Positions 13,003-26,284 of a DNA stretch of 64,000 bases are shown here, one piece after another. The translations under genes were made by a program, and so were the position numbers. Below the pieces are notes generated by a model, which was not told the DNA's origin, ran no database searches, and saw nothing but the letters and a program-made list of their open reading frames with translations. This stretch comes from Vicugna vicugna (Eukaryota). Where the stretch lies: NCBI GenBank assembly GCA_013265495.1, contig MU058387.1:62001-126000 (forward strand), in the 5' to 3' direction. Position 1 is the first letter of the stretch. The number at the start of each line of letters is the position of its first letter.

Positions 13003-14999
13003 AACATAATAGATAATACAGTATAGTACAATAAAACATAACATAAGCAACATGCCAGAAAAATATTACTGAAAAAATTGCTACAGGTCTTAGAACACAG
13101 ACTAATAACAATAGGACATGGAAAAGTAGGAAACTAAGTTTTGAGGATTATGACTAGACACCATATACCATGTGCTTCATTATATAGAACGGTAGTAAAA
13201 ATGCATCGTTTCTTTTACTGTCCAGAACCCCATCTGCCTCCTAAAAGCACCATGATTTCCCTTGAGGAAGCCATCTTCCCTTGGCTGGCACGCTTTCTCA
13301 GGGAGAGCCAGTAGAAGCAACCAGGTCCTACTTCTCCACACCTTCCATAGCGTCACATTATCTGAGACTTTGTATCCTGAATGTTCTTTGCAGCAACCAG
13401 TAAGCCAGAATCCAGACAGCCTGGCCCGCTGCTCCAGAGACCTTCAAAGCTCAGAGCTCAGTTTTCTCCATCTCCACGCCTGCATCTCCAGCTTCCCAGG
13501 AGCCCTCTGGAATGCTAATTTTTCAATAACTCCCCCTGTGTTTAAAGTGAGCACAGTGAAGCCAGAACTCCCTGGCTGCACCAGGGCTAATTGTGTGCAT
13601 CAGGCTCCCCTTCTGGTCGGTCAGGTCTTGAGTCACAGAGAGACACTGATAGATGGGCAGAGGTGATACCTACTGATCGAAAATGTGACTGTTATTCTGA
13701 GTCACACGCTTGCTTTTAACTCGGGGGGCGAGGGGAAGAAAAAGAACCAGATGAGGCTCAGTAGGAGGGTTTCTTAAATTTTCTTACGATCTCAAATTTG
13801 TTTTAAAAGGCATGTAAGGATTAGAGACACAGCTAAGAGTCAGAATACTGTAACGCTGTTAAGCACCTCTTGGATCTGTCTGTCTAATTCTTATGTGCCT
13901 TTTAAAAAGTTGAGCTTAGGAATCAGAGAATTTGTGCTCAAGTTAAAAACTTGTCACTTATTCCAGGATAGGAAATGGTCAAGTCTTTACTACTACATGA
14001 GTGCCCTTCATAATCTGAACCACGAGGGGTAGACCTAGCTTTTATCTGAGACTCTGTGCTCTAGTGGCTTTATTCTTTTCATTACTCATTACTGAATATA
14101 ACTTGGAGAAATCAGAATAATACGTTTGTACCAACTGAAGATAAATGAATGCATATTCACGAAATGTATGTTATTTTAAAAAAAAGATATTTTTATTTCT
14201 TCAAGATACTTATTCATCTGAGAAATATGTTTTAATGCAATATAAAGTGAGCATACTCATTGGTACCAACATTGCCTGTAGACCAATAATCAATGTTTGT
14301 TACTAAGAATTCTAAATGACTTTCATCGATAACAACATTTTATTTTGAGGTGCTTTTAGACAGTCCCTTATTGACTGATTAAAATTTCTGTTTCCTAGCA
14401 ACCTTTAATTTTTTTTGTAATGAAACATTTGACTCATGCTAAAGAATATAAATTGCACATATACAAGATGTTTCTGCTGGAGTGTGAAAAGAGAAGTGTT
14501 AATTTAGGCTTGGTCTAATAACATATTCTGAATCAGTAGGGTCTTGGTAGCGATTTTTTTTCTCCTTAAATTTCTTAGTGTGTTTTTATTTGTTTTAGAG
14601 ATATAGGAAAAGAACTCACAAAAATAATTGTCTTAATAGCCCACAGTCTGATACTACAGACCACTTAATAAGATAATTTGTAGGGAAGTTCACAGTTAAC
14701 CAGCCTTTAAAGGAAAGCCCGAGTATATTGCATATACTGAGAAACTGTCAGGACTTCACCAATATTGGTTAAATTCCAGGTACCTGATGCAAGGCTGCAA
14801 TGCTCACTGTAGCAACACATACTTCCAAGGGATCATTTGACTCCACTAATGGTCATTCTTCAGTGATTTATATTTGAAGCTAAGTGATGTATCTTTATTC
14901 ACAGAGGAACACTTTCTGCATGCTATTAAGTGAATCCTCTATTTAACAAATACGTATCTTTGGAAGGGGCATTCTCATCTATGGGAAAATACAGAAAAT

Positions 15000-15260
15000 C
15001 AATTCAATTCAATCACCATATTCAGTAAGCATTCACTAAGGCTTACTTTCTCTTGGTTACAACAGGGACTCAGATATGCCCGGCTGTGTTCCTGTATTCA
15101 GTGAGACTATTTTCTAGTTGAGGACCATACAGGGTCATAAACACGTTAATGAGCTAAAGAAGGGAATGCCTAAGGATAACTGGCAGATTAAGAAAAAGCT
15201 TCATGGATAAGGGACTAATGGAAGTATATTTTGAATGGGTACAAGGACCATAAGAAAAGA
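15000..15260 (-). mobile_element. L2 3' fragment
   Basis: attcaattcaatc...attcagtaagcattcactaaggcttact...aaaagcttcatggataaggg is the antisense L2 3' end. Confidence 0.55.
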
Positions 15261-15489
15261 CCAAGTGGAAGAGGAAAAATCAATAGAAGAACAAATACAT
15301 AAAAAAAATGTGATTACCAGGGACACAAGGTAGATTTAAGATCATGAATGATAGAATTAGATGAGCTCATTATAATAAAATTAATGTTCAGTCACAAATG
15401 AACTTAATTATATATCTTAAAAAGGCAATAGCTCCTTACATATGCAGTTTACTTTAGAGGAGAGGTCAGTGTGTTGAAGGTCTGCAAGG

Positions 15490-15620
15490 CAGAGCTTTTT
15501 AATCTGGATGGTGAAAGAGAGTGTTAGAGGGACTTGCTAACCCTCAAAACTTGCGTGCAAAATTTTGTGTGTGAATTCTTCTACTTGGTCTGTGACTCCT
15601 CCAAATTGTAAATATTGCTG
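15490..15620. mobile_element. MER103-like hAT fragment
   Basis: cagagctttttaatctgga...tgcaaaattttgtgtgt...ggtctgtgactcc. Confidence 0.45.
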
Positions 15621-15689
15621 TAAGATCATCCAGAACCCATGCCTAGGGAAATAGCTTCCCAATTTCAGTAAATTAAATGTCCATCAAGT

Positions 15690-16380
15690 TACCTGCCAAA
15701 ATCAGAAATCTGAGAGGAAATGTTGAATCACTGTTCTATTTCCAAAATGTGAGATCTGCATATGTCTATCTCCACAATATCCTTTTTTAAGTAAAACATC
15801 ATTTTCTTCTCACCTGGATTAGTTCAATCACCCTTAATGGCTTTATCTCCTAATTACCTCTTCTCTGTTTTCATTGTAATTTTTAAGAATATAAATCAGC
15901 TCTGAGCTCTGTCTTTCTTAAAGATTCTTCAGTGTCATTCAAACACTTCAAACTCTGCAAAAGGGATGACCTACCAACCCTTCTTCTCACCACCCTTCTT
16001 CTCTGTGCTCCACCTTTACCAATAATCTGAGTTTTCTCTCATCTCCCCAAACACAGACAGCTTATGATCAGGGCAGGACCTCTGACACCTTTGACCACTA
16101 GCACTTTTCCTGGCTTAAATATTCCTTCCTCAGAGACCTGAATCTAAACCCAAATCTAAAGCATCTCTTGTTATCAATCAGAGCACCTGCTTATTTAGCT
16201 TTATATTATACAATAGAGAATCTATTATGTTTGGTTCACGTCCGAGGAGGTGGCATAGGCAGGACCAGGGCATAAGCTAAACTGAATCCTAGTCCATTCA
16301 TCATTGTGTGCCCAACATCTAGGATAATGTCAGTCATCTACCTGATGCTCAGCGAATTTGTGTACCTGAAACAATGAACA
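15690..16380 (+). mobile_element. L2 fragment
   Basis: tctcacctggatta...cttaaagattcttcagtg...ctgatgctcagcgaatttgtg...aatgaac follows the L2 3' region. Confidence 0.6.
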
Positions 16381-16579
16381 AGCTTGCCTTCCCCCGATCT
16401 CTCCATTTACACTTTATAGGCAACGTGCATTAGGAAACCACATCATCCACATGCATTTCCTCAGACAAAAGGCAAAATAAATGATTTTTATACTTGTAAG
16501 ATTTGAGCAGCCAACTTGCGGCAAATACTAGTCAGAGGGGTAAAGCAGATTAAAACTTCTGGGCATTTCATCAATGCCC

Positions 16580-17072
16580 TGGTAGGTCGAAGAAGAGTTG
16601 CTCCAAAATGTTCTCAACCTAATTCCTGGAATCTGTTAATCTGATGGCAAAAGAGACTTTGTAGATGTCTCTAAGAGGAGGGACCTTGAGATGGGGAGAT
16701 TATCCTGCATTACTCACATGTGTCCCATGTGATCAGAAAGGTCTTAAAAATGGAGGCAGAAAAGGACAATCAGAGGGCAATGGACTTCAGAAGGATGGTC
16801 TGAGAGAGATGCAACACACTGTTGTCTTTAAAGGTGGAGAAAGGGACCATGAGTCAAGGACTGTGGCAGTCTCTAAAGATGGAAAAGACAAGAAAGCAGA
16901 CTGTCTTCTAAAACCTCCAGAACAGAATGCAGCCCTGCCAACATCTCGATTTGAGCTCAGTGAGGCCCACATCTGACTTATACCAGCCATAACTCTGTGA
17001 TACAGAAAAACGCATCTTTTAAGCTTCTAAGCCTGTGGTAATTTGTTACAGCAGCAACAGAAAACAAAGGCA
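16580..17072 (+). mobile_element. MLT1 (MLT1D-like) MaLR solo LTR
   Basis: tggcaaaagagactttgtagatg...gaccttgagatggggagattatcctg...cctccagaacagaatgcagccctgccaaca...tgtggtaatttgttacagcagcaacagaaaac. Confidence 0.9.
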
Positions 17073-18529
17073 ATTTTGCTTAAAAAAAAAAAAAAGATTG
17101 TGTGCCAGGTCACACCACGGCCCTAATTGTTCACACTCCATTAATTCCAAAACAAATAAAACAAGTTATTATCTCATTAGCTGGTTGCTACCCATATGCC
17201 TACTTGTCCGAAGTTAGCTTTCAGGTTAAATTATAACAGTTTAAAAAGGAGAGTCACCAGCTGAAATTCTGAGCACCTGTTGCTTTTCAGAGACACTGTG
17301 CCTTATCACCAAGCTACTCTTCAGAGTGACAGCTAAACATTTGGCCACAGCACTGTCTATATTTTGGAAAAAGGGAACCACGTGAGTCTAAGGCAGAGAG
17401 GATCTTGGCAATTAGTTTGCTTTCTTTTCCTTATTTTTTTTTTTTTTGAAAACTAATTTCTCTCCTTTGATTTGCTACACTTTACAGAACAAGTTTCAAT
17501 GGAAAAAAGAAAAGCAAACAAGTACTTCCCTACCTTTTTTTTTTTTTTTTTTCTTTAGAGGAGGACTCTTCTGAGATCTCTCAAAGGTATCTCCTCCATG
17601 GCAACCGAACACAGAACATAGATCTTAATATACTTCACTGAAGGAGACAGTTCACTGAAGTTTCACTCTCAACTCCCCTTTTCTAAGTACAAAATTCTTT
17701 ATAACACCTTTCCTCGTAAGCCCCTGCTAGCCATCCAACACAGCCAGTGCTTCTGTAAAATGAAATTCTATGGTCTGAATGAATAGGGGCCTTGGGGAAA
17801 ACCTACTCTAACCCCCACAAGGACTTCTAAAACGTTTTCACTGAATTATATATAGTGGGGGGGGGCAATTCTGAAGTCATGGCCCCGACTGATTTCTATC
17901 CTTACATTTACGTTAAAGATTCATGAAAACTTTGACTTTTCTGCTTGTATATACTTGTTTCCACTTTAGTATATATATTTAGCAAATATTTATGTCTACC
18001 TCCATCTCCCCCAAAATTTTAGGTTTAACAATTTCTAAGAACATATACTACATTTATCCTATATTTCTTAACATATTACTGAATTATTCAGTTTGAGAAA
18101 CTTTCTTACGAAAATATTCTTATGAACTCACACAGTAATATTCACAAATGAGTCAACTGTGTACATTTGGCCGAAAATATAATTAGAAGACAATCTGAAG
18201 CATATTAAAAAGTCCACCATTCAACGAAGAGCCCTCAGGGCTAAATCTTTATATGTATCTTCATGGGGCTCAGATTTACATGTAAATAATGTTCAGGATG
18301 GTAGCAAACAAATGTGTGTGTGTCTATGGTACCGTGGCTGCATTTTTCAGAACTAGCACTGAAGCACTGGGGACTCGGAACCGATAAAATCTGAACAGGA
18401 TGTTGAGGAAAGAAGGAGCGCCTGGTGGCTTAGAACATTCACGGCGCAGGGTTGGCAGCTCGGGCTCCTGAAGTGAAGGAGGCATGCTCGTTTCCAGGGC
18501 CAAGCACCTGGGAACGTGCCCACCTGCAG

Positions 18530-18700
18530 CCGTGTTCTCACTGCAGCCTGTTACCAGAACTGCCTCGAGGCTCTGTTCTTGGACTCTGTCCCCATGATTT
18601 CTGATTCACTGGGTCTCAGGTGGAGCTGAAAATGTGCATTTCTAATGAGTTCCTAGGTGAGGCTGATGGTTTTTTTCAGAGACAAGACTTTGAGAACCAT
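18530..18700. mobile_element. MER5A-like hAT MITE
   Basis: ttctgattcactgggtct...tgcatttctaatgagttcctaggtgaggctgatg...actttgagaacca. Confidence 0.8.
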
Positions 18701-20118
18701 CCAGCTACCAGCTATGGGAACTGAGCAGACAGATTTGGTCCGATTCATTTTCTGGTTTTAAATGAATTTGAGAACTCCCAGGAAGGAAAAACCAGATGTA
18801 GTATGGATAGATAAAATACTACTTTTCTAATCAAAGGTATAACTTTGTCTCACATTAAGTGGCAGGAAATGACCCTTTAAGATACATGTAAGTATCAGTA
18901 ACACATACACAGGGTTAAAATAATAATAGAGATGCTGTTTAATCATTTTTAAATAGTTATTTTTAACATTATTGAAATTTTTACTTGATGTTTGATATCT
19001 GTAACATTTTAAACTACTAAATGCATAAGTAAGGCACTCTATTTTCTAGTTTTTTTCCCCCCAGAAATATTAGCTATCTACTCTTTTAAGTCTTGTTTAA
19101 ATAATTTGTACTCTTTAATGATACTTAAGTTATTTTGAATTCTTTGGGACAGATATTTTATCACCTGTCTGCTTTCATAAAGACTGAATTGTAATGTAGG
19201 AAAATTCTCTTGTTATTATCTTTTCAAAGATTACTTTCCACATGAAGTGACTTTGCCTACAAAATGACATACCTTAATTCCTTTCTTGTTCACTATTTTC
19301 AAAGTCAGTGGAAGAATATATCTCAAAGCCCTGGTTCCCACGATACACAACACTTAAATTGTATCTACAAAATGCTAAGCTCTGATTTAAACCTTTAACA
19401 TTCAATTATACTAATAGATAATTGAGTTTTTCCAGTATTCACTCAGGACAGGATAACACATAGAGACAAAAGGTCCGTCCTGAAGATCAGTTAGTGATCC
19501 ATCAGTTCTTCCTGCTTTCTAAAGCCTCTCTCAGAACCACACAGCTCTGCCTCTGAGTACCCCACCCCTACGGACTGAAGACATTAACGTAGCTCCTGTT
19601 ATTAACATATTAACACGTCTCCGGCCATCTTCTAGGTAAGCAGGGAAATAAAATCCATGAGGAAGAAACTGTCCCAAGTGCCCCAACCCATTCACAATGA
19701 TCTATGATATCAGCAAAAGTTTATTAGCAACGAAACCAAAGGAATGATGTATCGCGTAGCGTAAAGAAAGAAAGAAATCTCGCCTTTCCATTCCCATTCT
19801 CAGCCTTCAGTATCCAAAGGCAATCCTAAAATGTAGTTATTAATATTAATATTCCTTTTATCTGCTGCCTAGAAACAAACTAAAGCATATATTTGGACTG
19901 TGAAAATCTATGTCAGAATGTTAAAATGTATCTGATGTCAGAGCCCTGCTATGTGAGTAGTCATGTACACACAAATTCATGGAGTTAGGGTACAGGAAAG
20001 AATTTTGTAAGTATCAGTCCCCCGAGACCATACTGATACGGTCTTCCCCATGTAATTTTTGCTATCTTTCCTTTGATCAAGTTTCCTTGTCTACATTTTA
20101 CCACTTGAATAAATTAAT

Positions 20119-20136
20119 TGTGTGTGTGTGTGTGTG
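20119..20136. repeat. (TG)9 microsatellite
   Basis: Read directly from the sequence. Confidence 0.95.
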
Positions 20137-21252
20137 AGATTTTGCCATCGTGTCCCCAAAATTAAAGCTATTAATTCTACACACATATGTCTGGACGTTG
20201 GTATATTCATGTGCACCAGTCTAATTTTCCTGCTGTTGATGTTCTGACAATGTTTGTGCTAGATTTTCTTCCGGGCACATAAGTTCTTCATGTTTCTGTT
20301 ACAGATAATGTGCTTTTATAACCAGTAAGAGAGGAAAACTTTTAAATATTTTATGTTCGGGGGCAGAGAATACTATTTAGAATTGCTGTTGCATGACCGT
20401 GAGGCAGAACCGAGGAACATGGGTTGGGGGACAGAGTGGAAGGTAACTGCTTGTGTCCAAAACACACATTATCTTCTGATCATGCTCCAAAAGCTCCTTT
20501 TAGATAAAATCCAAATACATTAAAAGCCACTTCCAAATCTTCAAATTTCTAGTTATTTTTTTTTTCCATCTGAACTGAACTTCATGTAATTCTAAACTAT
20601 TGGAGATTCAAACAGGACACCCTAGACAATCTGTGGCTGGGAGTTTTTAAGCTAACTATACATTTAAGGAGTTTATGCAGTTCAAATATTCGACCATAAG
20701 TGTGTAACAACGTTGAAAAGATAGAGTTTAACAGAACAATCAGTTAGAAACCAATCGTCATACATGGGACCCCTACTGTCTCTGGGTAATTTTATGAGGA
20801 ATGTATAAAGGATAAATGAGAGAGGGAACCAGAATAACTATTTTGTTCCAGTGCTTTGAGCAATCCAAGTTTAAATAAGATGGCCTTAATTTAAGATCCA
20901 GTTTACCTATGTAATCTTGCCTTAATGTGTTAAAACCGTAGGTTTATTACACCCTAGTTGTCATTCTAGCAGTAAATACTATCTAGGTTTGCAATAATTT
21001 TCAGAAATTTTGTTTTTAATATACAAGTTAAGTAGAAATCATTTTCTCTACTGATTTTGTTAATTTCTTTTACACTTTGAATCTTGGTAGGCAGTTACAT
21101 CACATGAGCACACTAAATACAGCTTTTTGTAACTGGAAACTTGTGATTTGAAAACAACCAGTGTGAACTTCAGTCTTTTGTGTTTTGGTTAATATAAAAT
21201 GTGAATAACAAATCATACTAAAATGTTATTAGAGTTTTTCATGCTTTACTTT

Positions 21253-21341
21253 TTTTTTTTTTAACAGAAGTATGGGGATTAAACTCAGGACCTTATGCAT
21301 GGTAAGCATCCGTTCTTCTACTTGAGCTATACCCTCCCTGC
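21253..21341 (-). mobile_element. tRNA-Ala-derived SINE (Vic-1-like) with 15-bp TSD
   Basis: Reverse complement reads GGGAGGGTATAGCTCAAGTAGAAG...GGTCCTGAGTTTAATCCCC followed by a poly(A) tail. Perfect TSD ttcatgctttacttt at 21238-21252 and 21342-21356. Confidence 0.92.
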
Positions 21342-21528
21342 TTCATGCTTTACTTTCTAACAGGAAATGAACAGCACAAGTGTAAACAGAAAAATAGTGA
21401 AGTTCCTGTTATCCAACAACTCCTGGTAAAATAGACTGTTTCTTTGAAGAAATCAAAAGCATTTTTATAGTTTCGTCTCAGGCTCAGTTTTTGAATGTTG
21501 ATTATTCAACATTCTGGGAAAAATATTT

Positions 21529-22069
21529 TTTTTGCTTTGTCTAATTTGTTTTTAACATTTTTTATTGAGTTATGATCATTTTACAATGTTGTGCCAAATT
21601 CCAGTGAAGAGCACAATTTTTCAGTTATATATGAATATATATATATATTCATTGTCAAGTTTTTTTCTCTGTGAGCTACCATAAGATCTTGTAATATATT
21701 TCCCTGTGCTATACAGTATAATCTTGTTTATCTATTCTACATTTTGAAATCCCAGTCTGTCCCTTCCCACCCACCCCCCGCCGGCCCCTTTGGCAACCAC
21801 AAGTTTGTATTCTATGTCTGAGTCTGTTTCTGATTTGTATTTATGTTTTTTTGGTTTTTTGGGGTTTTTTAGATTCCACATATGAGCAATTTTATATGAT
21901 ATTTTTCTTTCTTTTTCTGGTTTACTTCACTTAGAATGACATTCTCCAGGAACATCCATGTTGCTGCAAATGGTGTTATATTGTCAGTTTTTATGGCTGA
22001 ACAGTATTCCACTGTTTAAATATACCACACCCTCTTTATCCAGTCATCTGTTGATGGACATTTAGGCTG
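21529..22069 (-). mobile_element. Young lineage-specific L1 3' fragment
   Basis: ttttattgagttat...ccctgtgctatacagtataatcttg...catctgttgatggacatttaggctg. TSD aaaatattt at 21520-21528 and 22070-22078. Confidence 0.92.
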
Positions 22070-24649
22070 AAAATATTTCTTGTCTATCAGGTTGGATTCT
22101 AGTTCACTGGCTACATAAGTGGTGCTTTTACTTAAGATATATGTGATTAATGATGTAATTTACTCAGGCTACAGAGAAACAACCCGAAAGACAAAAGCCC
22201 AGCTTTTAACCACAAATGATACGTGATGGTCTTCTGATTTGAATATGAAAGCTAACCCTCCATAAAATATTTATTTAAGGGCTCCCAGATTCAGTATTTT
22301 GATGTAAATGACTGATCTATTTTAATAAACTAGATCGATTCATCCAGACAACAAATTTTAATTATTTTTTTTACTTTGATCATTAATTAAAGAATGATTT
22401 AGATGGCATGGCGAAGACATAGTCAAAGAAGCAACTGCATTCTTCACATGTAATTTTTTGAAACACACCTAAGATGAAAAGCTACATAAAACTGTTGCCC
22501 ACTTTTCCCCCTACTTTCTACATTATGTTTCATTAGCTTTTGTTCTGGCTTTAATATAAATCTCCAGTGATATTGTGATATTAATAATATCACACCTATT
22601 TTTAACTTTAGCCCTTAGGTTTTGTTTCCTACTTTATAGATACGTACAAATACAATCTCATAAAATTTCACACACTCACCTGCAAACTCATATACATGTG
22701 TGATTTCGAAGAAAGGAACTGTGAGAAAACTTACTTTTAAGAAAATGAACAAAGTTCTTGAGGTAGAGCACTCTTGTTTACTGAGATATCTAAGTAGAAA
22801 GTTCCTCGGAATGTTATTTTATGCCAGTTTCTCCATAATTACCAGTGCACCTACCCAGGAAACTGACTATTCAGACAAAGGGTAGACAGGAGCACTTTTT
22901 TTGTCAGTGTTAGCCAACATAGAGCTGGTTAGATCCCTGAACACATACAAACCCTAATTCCCTGAAAAATGGTGTGGTAACACCACACTTTCCATAACGA
23001 CTCAGGTTATCAGTTTCCTTTAAAACGTCCCCTCCTGTCATTGGCACTCCTAGTTGACTCCAGTACTTGAACTTGAAACCATTTCCGCATCAGCTGCTAT
23101 AAACACTAGAAGTGGTGAATTTAACGCAAACCCTTGGTGTCCAGGATCTGCGCACTCAGATCCCCTCACTCCCCGCTTCCATCTTCCCTGCCCCAGACAC
23201 TGCGCCTAAACTTAGCTCACGTGACCCCAGTTCTTGTAGATTTCTCCCACCGATAATAAGGTACCACCAATTTCAGGACTCACGCTCTACTTTCCAGTCC
23301 ACAGGGCTGGGCTTTTGAGCTTCAGAGCTCGCCAGTGGTTGGGGCTGGGCCTGCTCCTCTTAGCAAAGTACTGACTTCTAACGACTACCAAAACCTTGAG
23401 ACAGTTACCTGAATTCAAATAACATATTATATCCTCTCTATCACTCTCCTTTTAGTTGGCACTCTTGGTCCTCTGGTCTCCAAATGGCTATCACATCTTA
23501 AGAAGCCGCCATATTTTATTTACCTCTGAAAAAGGCGGTGGGGCAGCAGGGGTTGTGGGGGAAGATTTAGATGTCAAAGCAAGAGTCTAGGGCTGAGACT
23601 ATGAGAATGTCAGTAAAAATTCAGGGGCTTTCTTACTGAAGGTTAAGCAAAATATTCTTTGTATGCTTTTCATGCAAGTATTTTTTTACTAAAAAAAATA
23701 CACCATTTTATAATTTCAAAAAATTGGAAAATTCTTGGCTGACTCCAAAATAAAAACAAAACAAAACAATAAAAGAAGGGAAGGGAGAGAAATAGAGCAT
23801 GGCTGCCTGCACATAAGTAATGAAGACAAAATGTAAGAACGTCCTTTAAGTGGAAGGTAAAACTTCTGGAAAAGAGGTTGGGCAAGTTTTGCACAACTAC
23901 ATCTTCCCACAGGGAATGCCTTCCTTTCAAAGCTCGCCTCTGCCTTCTGCTCAGGTGAGATTGCATCTAAGGTACTGGTGTTCACCTTTTGAGGGTGGGA
24001 GTCTCCTAAACATCTAATAAGAAATGACATTATCAGAATATAAGAGTGCTGTTTATTTTGTTTTATTGTTTTTAACTCTCTGGTTTGAAACATAATCATC
24101 TTTTCTCTCTGCCCACCCATCAGTTTCATTTTGTTGACAGCTACGTCGAAGACAAATATGAAATCAAATTATATTCTGGTTAAAAATGGAGCTTCAAATG
24201 CAATTCATGCTTCTTATGACTGACACTCAGTGGCATCTGGAGAAGAAATGTGCTGTTTCCAGCTCACACTGATTAGGGAAAAAAGAATGGATAATAAGTC
24301 AGCCCCCTAGACCTAAATGAAATGAACTGCCCACTCAGCCTCACTTTGAAAATGATAATGGCTTCTAAAGTTTTATGATACATAAAATACTACCAATGAT
24401 ACATAAATTACAAGTGAAATAGGGAAAAAGAAAGAGATACTGGCCCTTTTGGTCAGTATCACACCAGACGAGTTTGTTAACAGGATACTGGCATCTATGA
24501 AATCGTAAATCTAGGGAGATGGATATTTAGTAACTGCAAGGTTCATTAAAGATTTCCCTGTATAATGTTTTAAAGTTTATGCATTGACGTTGGATGTTAT
24601 TTTTTTTACAAACCCCTATGAGCAGATATAGTAATGATAGTATATAGAA

Positions 24650-24785
24650 CAGATCGTCTCCATTTTTGGAGGAGAAAACTGATGCCTTGAGATATTGAGC
24701 CATTTGTCTGGGTGATGTGGATGCTGTGTGCAGTTTGAGGAACTGAAAAAACTTCGGATTCTCAGCTCCTTCCGTCTCGCTCCTC
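24650..24785 (-). mobile_element. MIR fragment
   Basis: tctccatttttggaggagaaaactgatgcc is the antisense MIR core. Confidence 0.55.
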
Positions 24786-24934
24786 TGGGTGGACTGGACG
24801 TGAAAATGATAGCACTGAGCATCAAAATGTTCTCTCGTCCCTCCGTTTCTGAATTCCTACAGCAACTACAATCGGCTTGAGATGCTTTCTAGGAATATAA
24901 ACATTGTGTGTGTCATATCTATGCACCTAGATTT

Positions 24935-25900
24935 AATGAAACAGACATTTACTGATCACAGATGCTGTGCAGGACAGAGTTAAGTCCACAAACAATGAAA
25001 AATGACTTGTTCTTGCCTTCAATGAGCTCTCTACCTAGCAAGGAAGATTAAAAAAATAATAATAATACAAAACATGAGAGTAAAAGCAATCCAGCGAATT
25101 AAAAGTAGAGAAAAATCCATTTGCTGGAAGAATCAGCTGAGGAAGCTAGAACTTCCAAATAAGCAGAGCAGAGAAGTTTTATTAAAAGCTAAAACATCAC
25201 AACAACGATGTTGCAAAAAATGCAACAGTATAAACATGAAATACCATGACCATGGTACTTTCAGGCTAAGGGAATAACATGACAGGAATGTCTGAGGACA
25301 GTTTACTGTGGAATGTAGACTATTTGAAGGCAAAGAACGGTGAGTAAAATTGGAAGGGGTGGTGAAAACAGGGGTGTCTTTGTACATCAATCAGGATGTG
25401 TTAAAAACAACCAGGATGTGTTTACAGTTAAGAAGGTGATGGAGCGTCTAGAGAGATTTTTGTTTGTTTGTTTTGCTTCTGTTTCAGATGGGAAGTTAAG
25501 TGATGAGATCACTGTTAAAATAAAGAAATAAAGCTGCCTAAACACTGTTTTAGTTTAAAAAATGTGAACACCCCGGGACTGGAGAGCCTCGTTGGGGTGG
25601 CAATTGTACTGATCTGGGCCAAAGGTAAGGACCAGTCCCCACTAGGCAATGGAGACAGTGAGGAGAAAATGGATTTGGAAACTGCTGGAGGACAAGTCCG
25701 TCTTATTCAGGGCTTGACTAGACATTGGGACAAGAGGGACAGATCACCAATGACTGATTTTCCTCCTCTAGATGACTGGGATAGTGCTGCTGCCTTGAAC
25801 AGGAACAGAAAAGCCTATGGAAATCTGAATGGGAGCAGAATTTGATGGATTCCATTTTAAGAAACCTGGGAGAAGTATCTTACACTCAAAAATAGGGAGA
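24935..25900 (-). mobile_element. L2 fragments
   Basis: acagacatttactgatcac...cttgccttcaatgagctc...ggcaatggagacagtgaggagaaaatggatttgga is purine-rich antisense L2. Confidence 0.65.
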
Positions 25901-26284
25901 ATATGTTTAGATATGACAGGATTCATTCAGAATTCTTGTCCAGGAAAAACTCTTGTGGCCCCCTTTACTCTCACACCAGTATGACACTCACAGCACTTCT
26001 GACATCAGATGCCTGGGGTTGTTCGCATACCGGCCAATTCTTCAACACCAGAGAGGTGTCCTATAGTTCAGGGCAGTTCTGATATGATCCACCCAGAGTT
26101 AGCAATTAGAGCCCACAAATTAAGGGTTAAATCTCAGGAAACTGTCCGTTCAGATGTCAACTGTAGGTACTAGGTTACCTTCAGTACTTCTGAACAATCA
26201 TTTATAAACTGAGGTTGCCACAATCCCCTCCTTGGTTTCCATAATGTTCCAGAACTTCTCACAGAACTCAGGGCATACTTACTT

